The notes: a model not told the origin generated them from the sequence alone. 64,000 nt of DNA from Chloroflexota bacterium (GCA_002719295.1 PBHC01000005.1:32001-96000); one strand, 5' to 3'; positions 37,186-48,355 are shown, counted from the stretch's first letter. Made by a program: numbers and translations.

Positions 37186-38520
37186 ATGTATTTGTATAAC
37201 ACTTTAACTAAGCAAAAAGAAAAAATAGAAAAAAAAGAAATAAAAATGTATGTATGCGGTGTTACTGTTTATGACAGACCACATTTAGGGCATGCTTTGT
37301 CTACTATAACTTTTGATGTTCTCCATAGATTCCTTGAATACACTGGTTTCAAAGTAAAAAGAGTTCAAAATTTTACAGATGTAGACGATAAAATAATTGC
37401 TAAATCAAAGGAATTAAATATTTCCCCTAAAGAAGTAGCTGAAAAATACATAAAAGCTTTTTTTGAAGACATGGATAAATTAGGTGTAAGGAGAGCAGAT
37501 GTTCATCCTAGAGCTACAGAAGACATGAATGAAATAATTGAATTGATAAAAGATTTGATTGAAAAAAATGCAGCTTATGAACTTAATGGAAGTGTATACT
37601 TCGATGTTGGATTTTCTAAAGATTATGGAAAGCTTTCAAGAAGAAATTTAGAAGATCTTATTGAAGGAAATAGAATAGAAAACGAACCTGAGAAAAAAAA
37701 TCACGGTGATTTTGCTCTTTGGAAACATGCTGAAGAAGACGAAACTCATTGGGATAGTCCATGGGGAACAGGTAGACCAGGATGGCATATAGAATGCTCT
37801 GCTATGGTCAAAAAACATCTTGGTACTTCAATTGATATTCATGGAGGAGGATTAGATTTAGTGTTTCCTCATCATGAAAATGAAATTGCTCAAAGTGAAT
37901 CTTCAACAGGCAATAAGCCTTTTGCTAAAATTTGGGTTCATAATGGTTTGTTAAAGCGTTCTGGGGATGAAAAAATGAGTAAATCTTTAGGAAACTCTCT
38001 TGATGTTATAGATGCTTTAGAAAAATATTCAGGAAATTCTATCCGATTATGGATTCTGCAAAGTCATTATAGACAACCAAGTTCGTTAGATGAAAATTCA
38101 TTAGAAATTGCTCAAAAATCTATACAAAGAATTGAGAGAACGCTTATATTAAGTGGAGAATCAGGTTTTGATGTAAAGGATTATAAAAATAAATTTTTAA
38201 TTGCAATGGAAGACGATCTTGCAACTCCTAAAGCTATAGCGATTATATTTGATTTAATTCATGAAATAAATAAAGCAAATGATAATAATAAAAAAATCAA
38301 TGAAGGTATATCTTTACTCAGAGATCTATTAAGTATTTTAGGTTTTGAATTTAATGACAGAAATCAAGATGATTCTGAAATTATAGAATTGATTAATAAG
38401 AGAAATAAATTAAGAGCAGAAAAAGAATATGATAAAGCTGATCAGATAAGAAATGATTTATTGTCTAAAGGAATTGAAATTCTTGATTCAAAAGATGGAA
38501 CTACTTTTAGAAAAATTTAG
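37186..38520 (+). CDS. cysS: Cysteine-tRNA ligase
   Basis: YVCGVTVYD, HLGH, GRPGWHIECS, FPHHENE, KMSKS. Confidence 0.98.
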   Translation: MYLYNTLTKQKEKIEKKEIKMYVCGVTVYDRPHLGHALSTITFDVLHRFLEYTGFKVKRVQNFTDVDDKIIAKSKELNISPKEVAEKYIKAFFEDMDKLGVRRADVHPRATEDMNEIIELIKDLIEKNAAYELNGSVYFDVGFSKDYGKLSRRNLEDLIEGNRIENEPEKKNHGDFALWKHAEEDETHWDSPWGTGRPGWHIECSAMVKKHLGTSIDIHGGGLDLVFPHHENEIAQSESSTGNKPFAKIWVHNGLLKRSGDEKMSKSLGNSLDVIDALEKYSGNSIRLWILQSHYRQPSSLDENSLEIAQKSIQRIERTLILSGESGFDVKDYKNKFLIAMEDDLATPKAIAIIFDLIHEINKANDNNKKINEGISLLRDLLSILGFEFNDRNQDDSEIIELINKRNKLRAEKEYDKADQIRNDLLSKGIEILDSKDGTTFRKI

Positions 38521-38729
38521 AATCTGACGTTTAATACGGCTACTCCAACAAACAAAATTATCAATAATATTGTCAATCTAAATAGTATTTGCTCTATTCC
38601 TCTTCTTGACCGGTATGATCCATCTGATTGTCCAAATAAACCTGCACTGCTTCCTCTTGTTTGCAAAAGTATTATAGCAATTATTATTACTGCAAAAACC
38701 ATCATCAATACTGAAAAAAGTAAATCCAA
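38517..38729 (-). CDS. secG: Preprotein translocase subunit SecG
   Basis: Two TM helices, ILLQTRGSSAGLFG, RRGIEQILFRLT. Confidence 0.92.
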   Translation of the reverse strand: MDLLFSVLMMVFAVIIIAIILLQTRGSSAGLFGQSDGSYRSRRGIEQILFRLTILLIILFVGVAVLNVRF

Positions 38730-38743
38730 AATTTCCTCAATTT

Positions 38744-40192
38744 CTATTTTTTTGTTTGTAAAATTTTATTTATTAATTCGCTTGAAATTTTAGGGTCTGC
38801 TTGACCTTTAGTTTCTTTCATCACTTGTCCTAATAAAAACTTTTGAGACTGCTCTTTTCCTGCTTTGTAGTCCTCAACAGCTTTAGGGTTACTTTCAATT
38901 ATATTACTTATTGTATCTTCTAGTTCGTTTGTATCAGATATAATTACTAGATTTTTTTCATTAATAATATCATCAGGCTTAGATCCAGTATTCCACATTT
39001 CTTCTAAAACTATTTTTAAAATTTTGTTATTTATTTTTTTTTGAAAATAAATTTCTACTAATTCAGATAGGTCCTCTGGTTTAAATTTCAATTTTTCATA
39101 ACTAGTAGACTCTAAGTTTAGCAGTCTACTAAAATCTCCATTCATAAGATTTGCGATATATTTTATAGATTCATTGTTTTTATTATGAGATTCAATTGTT
39201 GCTTCAAAGAAATTTGAAAAATTAATATCTCCTGTTAATAATTCGGCATCATAATCGCTAAGTTGATATTCATTAATATATTTTTCTTTCCTAGTTTTAG
39301 GTAACTCTGGCAAAATGCTTTGAATTTGATTAACCCAATCTGAGTCAATTTCTAATGGAGGAATATCTGGTTCAGGAAAATACCTGTAGTCATTTGACTC
39401 TTCTTTTGTTCTTTGAGAAATTGTTATAGATTTTTCATCTGACCATCCTCTGGTTTCTTGGATGATTATTTCATTATTTTCTTTAGATTTAATTTGTCTT
39501 TTTATTTCATAATCAACTGCATCTGCTACTGCAGATACACGATTCATATTTTTGATTTCTACTTTTGTTCCTAATTCTTTAGATCCTTCTTCTCTTATAC
39601 TTATATTTGCATCACATCTAAAAGAACCTTCTTCCATGTTTGCAGATCCAACTCCAATATATCTTATAATTTTTTGCAAATTCTCTATATATTCAATTAC
39701 CTCTTTAGAAGAACTTAAGTCTGGTTCTGTAACAATTTCCATTAAGGGTGTTCCTGACCGATTAATATCTAGTAAGCTGTAATTAGAATCTCTGGTATTT
39801 ATATGAGTCAATTTTGCAACATCTTCTTCCATGTGAACTCTGTTGATTCTTATTTTTTTATTTGATGAAAGTTCTACAAATCCTTCATAACATATAGGTT
39901 CATCAAATTGAGAAATTTGGTAGCCTTTCATCAAGTCTGGATAAAAATACTGCTTTCTATCAAATTTTGTTTTATTTGAAATACTACAATCAAGTGCTAG
40001 TCCAATCATAATGGCACTTTCCACAGCTTTTTTATTAACAACAGGTAGAGCTCCAGGTAATCCCATTGATGTAGGATCTACTATTGTATTAGGGTCTTGA
40101 TTTTGATATTTAGCACTTGAAAGACTAAACATCTTAGAGTTTGTATTTAGTTGCACATGCGTTTCTAAACCAATTACTGCTTCATAGTTCAT
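38744..40192 (-). CDS. gatB: Asp/Glu-tRNA amidotransferase subunit B
   Basis: IGLETHVQL, FDRKQYFYPD, HMEED, YRYFPEPD; ATG at 40192 preferred over TTG 40207. Confidence 0.97.
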   Translation of the reverse strand: MNYEAVIGLETHVQLNTNSKMFSLSSAKYQNQDPNTIVDPTSMGLPGALPVVNKKAVESAIMIGLALDCSISNKTKFDRKQYFYPDLMKGYQISQFDEPICYEGFVELSSNKKIRINRVHMEEDVAKLTHINTRDSNYSLLDINRSGTPLMEIVTEPDLSSSKEVIEYIENLQKIIRYIGVGSANMEEGSFRCDANISIREEGSKELGTKVEIKNMNRVSAVADAVDYEIKRQIKSKENNEIIIQETRGWSDEKSITISQRTKEESNDYRYFPEPDIPPLEIDSDWVNQIQSILPELPKTRKEKYINEYQLSDYDAELLTGDINFSNFFEATIESHNKNNESIKYIANLMNGDFSRLLNLESTSYEKLKFKPEDLSELVEIYFQKKINNKILKIVLEEMWNTGSKPDDIINEKNLVIISDTNELEDTISNIIESNPKAVEDYKAGKEQSQKFLLGQVMKETKGQADPKISSELINKILQTKK

Positions 40193-40294
40193 ATTTTCTA
40201 ATCTCAAAATTAATGTGTTTTTATATTCTATCTTAGTCGAATAAAAAGATATAATATTAAATATATAGATAAATATAAATTATTAGGAGAATTT

Positions 40295-41761
40295 ATGCCT
40301 ACCCCAGATAGCATATCACGTGATACAGATTTATCAGGAATGGACGAATATAAATGGGGCTTTACAACTGATGTTGAAACTGAGCTAGCACCAAAAGGTC
40401 TAGATGAATCAATTGTAAAATTGATTTCTAGAAAAAAAGAAGAGCCTAAATGGCTTCTTGAATGGAGATTGAAAGCATTCAGGCATTGGGAAAAATTACT
40501 TGAAAATTCTAAAGAACCGGATTGGGCGAAAGTTAAGTATCCACCTATTGATTTTCAAAATATTTATTATTACGCAGCTCCTAAATCTATGACAGAAACT
40601 CCAAAATCTCTTGATGATGTTGATCCTGAGATGCTTGAAACATTTGAAAAATTAGGTATTCCTATAAATGAGAGAGAAAAATTGGCAGGGGTGGCTGTAG
40701 ACGCTGTTTTTGATTCAGTTTCAGTTGCAAATACACTTGATGATCAATTGAAAGATATGGGTATAATTTTTTGCTCCTTCAATGAAGCTGTGAAGAAACA
40801 CCCTGATTTAGTAAAAAAATATTTAGGTTCAGTGGTCCCTTACTCGGATAATTTTTATTCAGCATTAAATTCAGCAGTTTTTAGTGATGGATCTTTTGCT
40901 TATATTCCTCCTGGAGTAAGATGTCCAATAGAATTAATGACCTATTTTAGAATAAATACAGAAGGATCTGGGCAATTTGAAAGAACATTGATTATTGCTG
41001 ATGAAGACGCATATGTATCATATTTAGAGGGCTGCACAGCACCTTTTAGGAAAACTTCACAATTGCATGCAGCTGTGGTTGAACTAGTAGCTATGAAAAA
41101 TTCTGAAATTAAATATTCTACTGTTCAAAACTGGTTTCCTGGAACAAAAGATGGTGAAGGTGGGGTTTATAATTTTGTTACTAAAAGAGGAAAAGCATTA
41201 GAAAATTCTAAAATATCTTGGACACAGGTTGAAACTGGTTCAGCAATAACATGGAAGTACCCATCAGTCATACTTCAAGGAGACAATTCTACAGGAGAAT
41301 TTTATTCTGTAGCTATGGCTAATAATTTCCAACAAGCAGATACTGGAACTAAAATGATTCATATTGGTAAAAATACTAAATCTACAGTAGTTTCTAAAGG
41401 TATTTCTGCTGGGCAAGGTCAAAATACATACCGAGGTCAAATAAAAATTATGCCAACTGCTGAAGGTGCAATGAATCACACTCAATGTGATTCTCTATTA
41501 ATTGGAGATAAATGTGGTGCTCATACAGTCCCATACATCGAAGTAAGAAATTCTTCCGCTAGGCTTGAACATGAAGCTTCTACATCAAAAGTTTCAGAAG
41601 ATCAACTTTTTTATCTTATGTCTAGAGGATTGTCCGAAGAAGAAGCAAATCATATGATTATCACAGGTTGGAGTAAAGATGTAATAAAAGAATTGCCTTT
41701 CGAATTTTCTTTGGAAGCAACACAATTATTAAAAGTCAGCTTAGAAGGTGCTGTAGGATAA
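40295..41761 (+). CDS. sufB: Fe-S cluster assembly scaffold SufB
   Basis: [45 protein letters not shown]. Confidence 0.98.
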   Translation: MPTPDSISRDTDLSGMDEYKWGFTTDVETELAPKGLDESIVKLISRKKEEPKWLLEWRLKAFRHWEKLLENSKEPDWAKVKYPPIDFQNIYYYAAPKSMTETPKSLDDVDPEMLETFEKLGIPINEREKLAGVAVDAVFDSVSVANTLDDQLKDMGIIFCSFNEAVKKHPDLVKKYLGSVVPYSDNFYSALNSAVFSDGSFAYIPPGVRCPIELMTYFRINTEGSGQFERTLIIADEDAYVSYLEGCTAPFRKTSQLHAAVVELVAMKNSEIKYSTVQNWFPGTKDGEGGVYNFVTKRGKALENSKISWTQVETGSAITWKYPSVILQGDNSTGEFYSVAMANNFQQADTGTKMIHIGKNTKSTVVSKGISAGQGQNTYRGQIKIMPTAEGAMNHTQCDSLLIGDKCGAHTVPYIEVRNSSARLEHEASTSKVSEDQLFYLMSRGLSEEEANHMIITGWSKDVIKELPFEFSLEATQLLKVSLEGAVG

Positions 41762-41774
41762 ATTAGGAGAGAAA

Positions 41775-42533
41775 ATGCTTGAAATCAAAAACTTAAAAGC
41801 TCAAGTTGTGGATAGTGAAGACTTAATATTAAGAGGTATAAACTTATCAATCAACCCTGGAGAAGTTCATGCCATTATGGGTCCGAACGGTTCAGGAAAA
41901 AGTACATTAGCTAATGTACTAGCTGGTAAACCTGATTATGAAATTACTGAAGGTGAAATACACTTTATGAAAGAACTTTTAAATGATCTTCCTCCTGATG
42001 AAAGATCTCATTTAGGAATGTTTTTGGCTTTTCAATATCCAGCTGAAATCCCTGGAGTAAGGTCATATCAAATGTTGAAATCTTCATTGGATTCAAAAAA
42101 CGAATATTTTAAAAGAGAAAAACTTTCTGTAAGAGAATTCTCTAAGTTTTATGATCAAAAAGTTAAGGATATGGGTATTGATACAGAGCTAACTAAAAGA
42201 TCATTAAACTTTGGTTTTTCTGGAGGAGAGAAGAAAAAAAATGAAATTTTACAACTTTCAATTTTAGAACCAAAATTAGCTATTTTAGACGAAACGGATT
42301 CAGGCCTTGATGTAGATGCTTTAAAGGCTGTTTCTGATGGAGTTAATCTAATGAGGTCTGAAGAAAGGTCATTCATAATTGTTACTCATTATCAAAGAAT
42401 TCTGAACTATATTGAACCTGATTATGTCCATATTTTAGTAAATGGTGAGATCGTAAAATCTGGAACTAAAGAATTAGCCCTCGATATAGAAACCAATGGT
42501 TATGAAAAAATAATATCTGGTCTTGGTAAATAA
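41775..42533 (+). CDS. sufC: Fe-S assembly ATPase SufC
   Basis: GPNGSGKST, FSGGEKKKNE, LDETDSGLD, THYQRIL. Confidence 0.98.
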   Translation: MLEIKNLKAQVVDSEDLILRGINLSINPGEVHAIMGPNGSGKSTLANVLAGKPDYEITEGEIHFMKELLNDLPPDERSHLGMFLAFQYPAEIPGVRSYQMLKSSLDSKNEYFKREKLSVREFSKFYDQKVKDMGIDTELTKRSLNFGFSGGEKKKNEILQLSILEPKLAILDETDSGLDVDALKAVSDGVNLMRSEERSFIIVTHYQRILNYIEPDYVHILVNGEIVKSGTKELALDIETNGYEKIISGLGK

Positions 42534-42534
42534 A

Positions 42535-43839
42535 ATGAAAGGCATTGAATTTAACAACATTAGTGATATAACTAGACCTTCAGGATTTTCTAACAAAAAT
42601 GTAAATAAAGTTAATAATTTAGGTTGGAAAAATTTTACTAAAAATGGACTTCCTCCTAACCCTAAGACTTCAGAATTGTGGAAATATACAAATTTCCATA
42701 ACTTGAGTAAAACTAACTTTTTTTTGCCTCAAAAAGAATCTTTAGATCTAAAAACTAATCCAGAGGTTTTTTCAAGTAAAAAATTTCAAACTATATATAT
42801 AGTTGATGGCTTTTATAATTCAGAAAAATCTTTCCATTCTGATAATATAACTGTAGAAAAATCTAATGAATTAAGCGCACTAGAAACTCTATCAGAAAAG
42901 TTTGGTGAAATAGCATCTAATGATGAAAATGAAATGATTGCTTTAAATTCTGCTTTTATGCTAGATCCTATCTTTATTTCTATAGACGATTCTAAAAAAG
43001 AAAATAATTTAAATATTGTTTTTGTTACAACTAATAATAAAAATAATATATCTTCTTTCCCAAGATTGTTTGTTCAAGTAAATTCTAAATCTCAAACAAA
43101 TATTCTTGAATCTTACTTTAATCTATCTTCAGACAAGAAGAATAATTTAGTGGTTCCAGTGATTGAATATCTTTTAGAGAAAGGAAGTAATGTTTCTCAT
43201 AAAAGAATGCAAATAGATTCAGGGAATTCATTTTTCTTTCAGTTTGATAGAGTGCTTCAAAAAGAAGAATCAAAATTTATTTCAACTTCTTTTTCTCTAT
43301 CAGGATTGGTTTCAAGATATGATATTCATAGTGATTTAGTTGGAATAAACTCTGAATGTAATTTTCATGGATTGTACATAACAAATAAAAATCAGCTTCA
43401 AGAAAATGAAATATCTATAACTCATTCTGTAGAAAAATGTTCTAGTGATCAAATGTTTAAGGGAATTTTAGCAGGTAAATCAAAAGCTGTTTTTAGTGGG
43501 AAAGTTTTAGTAAAGCAAGATGCGCAAAAAACAAGGGCATTTCAAAAAGATCTAAACTTCTTACTATCAAAAGACTGTGAAGTAGATACTAAACCTAGTT
43601 TAGAAATATATGCTGATGATGTTGAGTGTAGTCATGGAGCTACTGCAGGTAATATGGATAAAAATATGTTATTTTATCTTCAAAGTAGAGGAATAAATAA
43701 CGAAGATGCAATGTCAATGTTGATTAGAGGTTTTGCTCAAGAAATTATCGATGAATTTGAGGATGATGAAATAATAGAATATTTAGAAAATTCAATTGAT
43801 AATTCTATTCCCTCATTAGATATCCAAGGGATTTTGTAG
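42535..43839 (+). CDS. sufD: Fe-S assembly protein SufD
   Basis: ELWKYTN, DAQKT, KPSLEIYADDVECSHGAT, FYLQSRGI; ATG 42535 preferred. Confidence 0.95.
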   Translation: MKGIEFNNISDITRPSGFSNKNVNKVNNLGWKNFTKNGLPPNPKTSELWKYTNFHNLSKTNFFLPQKESLDLKTNPEVFSSKKFQTIYIVDGFYNSEKSFHSDNITVEKSNELSALETLSEKFGEIASNDENEMIALNSAFMLDPIFISIDDSKKENNLNIVFVTTNNKNNISSFPRLFVQVNSKSQTNILESYFNLSSDKKNNLVVPVIEYLLEKGSNVSHKRMQIDSGNSFFFQFDRVLQKEESKFISTSFSLSGLVSRYDIHSDLVGINSECNFHGLYITNKNQLQENEISITHSVEKCSSDQMFKGILAGKSKAVFSGKVLVKQDAQKTRAFQKDLNFLLSKDCEVDTKPSLEIYADDVECSHGATAGNMDKNMLFYLQSRGINNEDAMSMLIRGFAQEIIDEFEDDEIIEYLENSIDNSIPSLDIQGIL

Positions 43840-43841
43840 AT

Positions 43842-44291
43842 ATGGTAAACGATGAATTAAATGAGATGTATGAAGAAATTGTGATGGATCATTATCATAA
43901 TCCTAGAAATACTGAATTATTAGAAACCCCAGATTTTGAAGTCGAAAAAAATAATCCTTTCTGCGGAGATGAAATTAAGATTCAATTAAACGTTTTAGAA
44001 GAAAATAAAGTTTCTATAGCCGTTACCGGTAGAGGTTGTGCCATATCTCAAGCTTCTGGATCTTTATTAGCTGAAAAAATCAATAATATTGATACTAAAG
44101 ATTTGCAAAATACGGTGGATCTTTTCAGAAAATTGATAAAAAGTGAAGAGCTTAGTGAAAATGAGCTTGACGTATTAGGTGATATTTCTGCATTATCAGG
44201 AGTTAGAAAATTTCCTGTAAGAATTAAGTGTGCAATGTTATCTTGGGTGGCATTGGAAGAAATAATCAAGCAATCTGAATCTAAAAATTAA
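43842..44291 (+). CDS. sufU: SufU-type sulfur transfer protein
   Basis: MDHYHNPRN, NPFCGD, GCAISQAS, RIKCA with the SufU insertion. Confidence 0.93.
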   Translation: MVNDELNEMYEEIVMDHYHNPRNTELLETPDFEVEKNNPFCGDEIKIQLNVLEENKVSIAVTGRGCAISQASGSLLAEKINNIDTKDLQNTVDLFRKLIKSEELSENELDVLGDISALSGVRKFPVRIKCAMLSWVALEEIIKQSESKN

Positions 44292-45186
44292 CAGTTTTTT
44301 CTATTCCATCAACAATATTAGTGAACTGACTATAATTAGTAATGCTTATTAATTCTGAATTATCAAGAACAATATTTTCTACTTCGCCTTTTCTTTTTTC
44401 TTTAAATATTGGATTTAATTTATAGTTTAATTTTTCCTTAAGTATTTTATATATATCGATTATTTTAACTTCGTAATTTGAAGAGAGGTTAATTTTAGAA
44501 CTAATTTTTTTTGTACAAAAAAGATTTATTATATTAACCAGATCATCAATGTATATATAATCTCTTGTTGAATTTCCATCTCCATAAATAATAATTTTAT
44601 TATTCTTCAACATTTTATTTATAAAAATAGGAATTACATTTTGACTTTTTTGTTTTGGTCCATATATGTTTGAAGGTCTTAAAATTGAATATTCTATTTT
44701 TGATTTATAAAGTAATTTTGAAACTATTTTTTCTCCTTCAAGTTTGGATTTTCCATATTCTGAAATTGGGTTAGCTGAATGCTTTTCATCAACAGGTAAA
44801 TATTTAGGTTCTCCATAAATTGCTCCTCCAGACGAAATAAAAGTAAAATAACAACCATCTAATTTTTTTATCTCGCTTACAAGATTATTTGTCCCTTCAA
44901 TATTTATACTTTTTGTTTTTTCTGGGTCTTTAATTGAATCTATGACACTAGTTTGTGCTGCGCAATGAATGATTGAGGTAGGCTTAAATAGCGAAATGAT
45001 TTTTGAAATTTTTTCACTTCTAATATCTATATTTTCTATTTCAACATTAGGACTTGTCTTAATTTGATATGGATTTGAATTTTCGATATCTAAAATTAAT
45101 ACTTCATTTAATTCAGAGAAAAAATTTGTTAAATTAGAACCTACGAATCCTAGTCCACCTGTAATTAAAATCTTTTCCTTTTTCAA
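44281..45186 (-). CDS. NAD-dependent epimerase/dehydratase (GalE-like)
   Basis: TGGLGFVG, SSGGAIYG, YGKSK, RDYIYIDD. Confidence 0.92.
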   Translation of the reverse strand: MKKEKILITGGLGFVGSNLTNFFSELNEVLILDIENSNPYQIKTSPNVEIENIDIRSEKISKIISLFKPTSIIHCAAQTSVIDSIKDPEKTKSINIEGTNNLVSEIKKLDGCYFTFISSGGAIYGEPKYLPVDEKHSANPISEYGKSKLEGEKIVSKLLYKSKIEYSILRPSNIYGPKQKSQNVIPIFINKMLKNNKIIIYGDGNSTRDYIYIDDLVNIINLFCTKKISSKINLSSNYEVKIIDIYKILKEKLNYKLNPIFKEKRKGEVENIVLDNSELISITNYSQFTNIVDGIEKTVNF

Positions 45187-45190
45187 TTTT

Positions 45191-46078
45191 TTAGTCCTCT
45201 GAATATAAAACTACATCATCTTTTGAGTAGTTTTTACTTATAAGATTTGAAAATTGAAATACTTCTATTGCTTTTTGATATTCAATGTCACTTATTTTTG
45301 TATCTGAATCCCATGTACCTAACTTTTGATAATCTTTTATAGCATTTGAGACAGAATCTAGCTCAAAATCATTAAAGTATGAATGAACACTTTTCGCTAC
45401 ATCCATTGAATCTGAATTTTGAACCCATTTTTTAGACTTTTTAAAAGCATCTGAAATTTTTTTCCCTATATCTGATTTAATTGTTTTTTCTTCTGCGCAT
45501 AAGGTTGAAAATGCTACTGGCCCAATAATATCACCGATTGAAGCAACTATCTTGCCATGACCGTCTAATTGTAATTGATGGGGATAGCTCCCTTGTTCAT
45601 GAAAAAACCCAGAATTACCTTGAGAAAATAAATCATACATTTCTTTAGTATTTAAAGGATTTTTTGAGACTAATTTGATTTTATTTATGTCTATATTTTT
45701 TTTATCTAATGCATATTTCAACATTGCCTCTGGTTGTCCACCTCTTACATAATAAAAGGGACCTTTGTACAAGTCTTCCCATTCAAATCCCTCCTTATTT
45801 TTAGAGTTTATAAAGAAGCCATCAAAAGAGTTTATTAATGCAAAATGTTTTATAGAAGAAGGGATATTCTTTTCTATGAAGTTCCAGCTTTGTGAAACAG
45901 CAGATTGTGCAAAATCAATTTCTCCGTTTGATATTTTTTCGTAAACATTAATGCCTGGATTTGGAATATGATATTCGCCTTTTAATCCTTCATTTTCCAA
46001 AAAACCTTGACTTACTAAAGCAATTAATGGGCTGTAAAAAACAGCATGTCTAGAAGCAGTTAAGTTAATAGTTTTCAT
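45191..46078 (-). CDS. NMT1/SsuA-like substrate-binding-fold protein without signal peptide
   Basis: HAVFYSPL...GFLENEGL N-terminus, GGQPEAML; no hydrophobic leader. Confidence 0.7.
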   Translation of the reverse strand: MKTINLTASRHAVFYSPLIALVSQGFLENEGLKGEYHIPNPGINVYEKISNGEIDFAQSAVSQSWNFIEKNIPSSIKHFALINSFDGFFINSKNKEGFEWEDLYKGPFYYVRGGQPEAMLKYALDKKNIDINKIKLVSKNPLNTKEMYDLFSQGNSGFFHEQGSYPHQLQLDGHGKIVASIGDIIGPVAFSTLCAEEKTIKSDIGKKISDAFKKSKKWVQNSDSMDVAKSVHSYFNDFELDSVSNAIKDYQKLGTWDSDTKISDIEYQKAIEVFQFSNLISKNYSKDDVVLYSED

Positions 46079-46174
46079 AATTCACCTTTTTTTATCAATA
46101 AATACATATATTAGTAGTTTTTTGAATACATTTTATAATAGAATTCAGGACATAATTTATTTGAAAAGTACTAA

Positions 46175-46948
46175 TTGTCAAGATATTCAAGAAATAAAAC
46201 AAACCTTAGACAGATTGAAGGAAGGCATTCAGTAATTGAAACTTTATTGTCAAACAAAAGAGTTGCATATATTGATCTTTCAGATTCTAATGATAAAGGT
46301 CCCCAAATCGAGAAAATTATATCCCTTGCTAATTCAAAAAACATAAGAATTAATACAATTGACAAAAAGGCCATAGAAAAAAAATCAGCAACAAAAAAAT
46401 CCCAAGGAGTAATTTTATATCTTGATGACAATTATCAATCTTCAGTTGAAGAGATGATATTTTCAGCAGATAGAAAAAAAGAAATTCCTTTATTGATTTT
46501 TCTTGATAGAGTTCAAGATCCTCATAATTTGGGAGCTATTGCGAGAACAGCTGAAATATTTGGTGCACATGGATTAGTTGTACCAGCTAAAGATTCAGCA
46601 AAAATTTCTCCTGGTGCTATTAGGGCTTCAGCTGGAGCTTTGGAACACATGGAATTTACAATAGTGAACTCTATATTAAAAACCTTAGAATATTTAAAGA
46701 AAATGAATTTTCAAATTTTCTCCTTAGATATGGATGGGGAAAATATTAGAGATTCCAAAATTGATAAAGAAAAACCAACTGCACTAGTTGTGGGTTCTGA
46801 ACATGATGGGGTTGAGGAAAAAATAATTAAAGTTTCCGATAAAATTTTGTCTATTCCTATGAGAGGAGAAATTTCTTCATTGAATGTTTCTGTAGCTACA
46901 GGAATCACTTTACATGAACTTTTTTACAAAAGGAATTTAAATGGATAA
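46175..46948 (+). CDS. rlmB: 23S rRNA Gm2251 methyltransferase
   Basis: EGRHSVIE, SQGV, DPHNLGAIART, GSEHDG, SLNVSVA. Confidence 0.92.
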   Translation: MSRYSRNKTNLRQIEGRHSVIETLLSNKRVAYIDLSDSNDKGPQIEKIISLANSKNIRINTIDKKAIEKKSATKKSQGVILYLDDNYQSSVEEMIFSADRKKEIPLLIFLDRVQDPHNLGAIARTAEIFGAHGLVVPAKDSAKISPGAIRASAGALEHMEFTIVNSILKTLEYLKKMNFQIFSLDMDGENIRDSKIDKEKPTALVVGSEHDGVEEKIIKVSDKILSIPMRGEISSLNVSVATGITLHELFYKRNLNG

Positions 46949-48344
46949 AAAATTATTTTTAATTGTTTTTCCAGTAGTTTTTACTGCAAATATTTTTCTT
47001 CTCGATTTCAACACAACAATTATTGCTATGCCTGCTATAATTGATGAATTTGATTTATCCCTTAAATTAGCATCATGGATAATACTTTCCGCATCTATTG
47101 TTATGACAGCCTTACTTATGCCAATAGGAAGAATGGCAGATCTAATAAATAGAAAAACATTTTATATTTTTTCTTTAATTCTGGCTTTAATAGGAATAAT
47201 TTTTGCAAGTTTTGCAACTAACGTTTATATCCTGATTTTGTTTAAGACTATCTCAGCTATTGGTACGACAGGGACTTCTATAATGATGTTTGTTATCGTA
47301 ACTGTTACATTTCCTAAAAAATATCAAGGTTTAGGGTTAAGTATAATTACAACTTCTGTTGCTCTTGGAATGATGATAACTCCTTTTATAGGAGGGCTAA
47401 TGTTAGATAATTACGGTTGGAGATATGCTTATAGAATAATAGGATTTCTAGGTATTTTTACTGTTCTTATGACTTTCTTATTTGTCCCCAAAATGGAAAA
47501 ATTAGAAGTTGATAGACATTCTTTAGATCTAATAGGAATGGTGTATTTTATTTTTATAATGACTTTGTTTGTATTTATAATAAATGATCCTATTTCTTTT
47601 GGATTCTTTTCAATTTTGCATTTTTTGATGATAATAGTATTTCTGACTCTAATATTTTTATTCTATAAGCATGAAAAAAAACAAACTCAGCCGATCTTAA
47701 ATTTTTATAATTATAAGAAACCTTCATATCTTTGGGGGTCAATTTCTAGAATGACAGGTTTTGTAGGTTTTTCTGTGTTAATGTTCTTAAATCCAATTTT
47801 TTTGCAAAAAATAATTGGCCTTAGTGAAACTTCTGTTGGAATTATACTTTTATATTCTGGAATAGGTACTGTAATCGCCTCTTCTATTTCCGGGAGATTG
47901 TCTGATAAATTTGGTCATAAAATTTTTACTGTAATAGGAATGATTTTCTCAGCATCAGCAAATTTATCTTTATCATTTTTAGCAAATAATTTTAATTTGA
48001 ATATATTTACGATATTGATGTTTATAAATGGTTTTGGAATAGGAATGTGGATGGCTCCAAATATGAGTGCTGTTTTAAGTAGTATAAATAAAGATCAATA
48101 TGGTTCTGTAAGTGCATATTTAAATTTAATTAGAAATGTAGGAACCACTATAGGACAAAGCTTTGCAGCAACTATTTTAGTTATATTTTTAACTACAGGT
48201 CCTATCACTGCTCAACTAAGCGAAATAAATTCTAACTCCTCGGATGAGATATTGTCCTTATTTATCAATGGATGGCGAACAACTTTAATTATTTCTAGTA
48301 TTATAGTTTTTATATCTAGTTTTGCTTCATTCAAAACAAAATAG
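46941..48344 (+). CDS. MFS transporter, 14-TM DHA2-like
   Basis: GRMADLINRK and GRLSDKFGHK loops; about 14 TM helices. Confidence 0.9.
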   Translation: MDKKLFLIVFPVVFTANIFLLDFNTTIIAMPAIIDEFDLSLKLASWIILSASIVMTALLMPIGRMADLINRKTFYIFSLILALIGIIFASFATNVYILILFKTISAIGTTGTSIMMFVIVTVTFPKKYQGLGLSIITTSVALGMMITPFIGGLMLDNYGWRYAYRIIGFLGIFTVLMTFLFVPKMEKLEVDRHSLDLIGMVYFIFIMTLFVFIINDPISFGFFSILHFLMIIVFLTLIFLFYKHEKKQTQPILNFYNYKKPSYLWGSISRMTGFVGFSVLMFLNPIFLQKIIGLSETSVGIILLYSGIGTVIASSISGRLSDKFGHKIFTVIGMIFSASANLSLSFLANNFNLNIFTILMFINGFGIGMWMAPNMSAVLSSINKDQYGSVSAYLNLIRNVGTTIGQSFAATILVIFLTTGPITAQLSEINSNSSDEILSLFINGWRTTLIISSIIVFISSFASFKTK

Positions 48345-48355
48345 AAGGAGATTTT

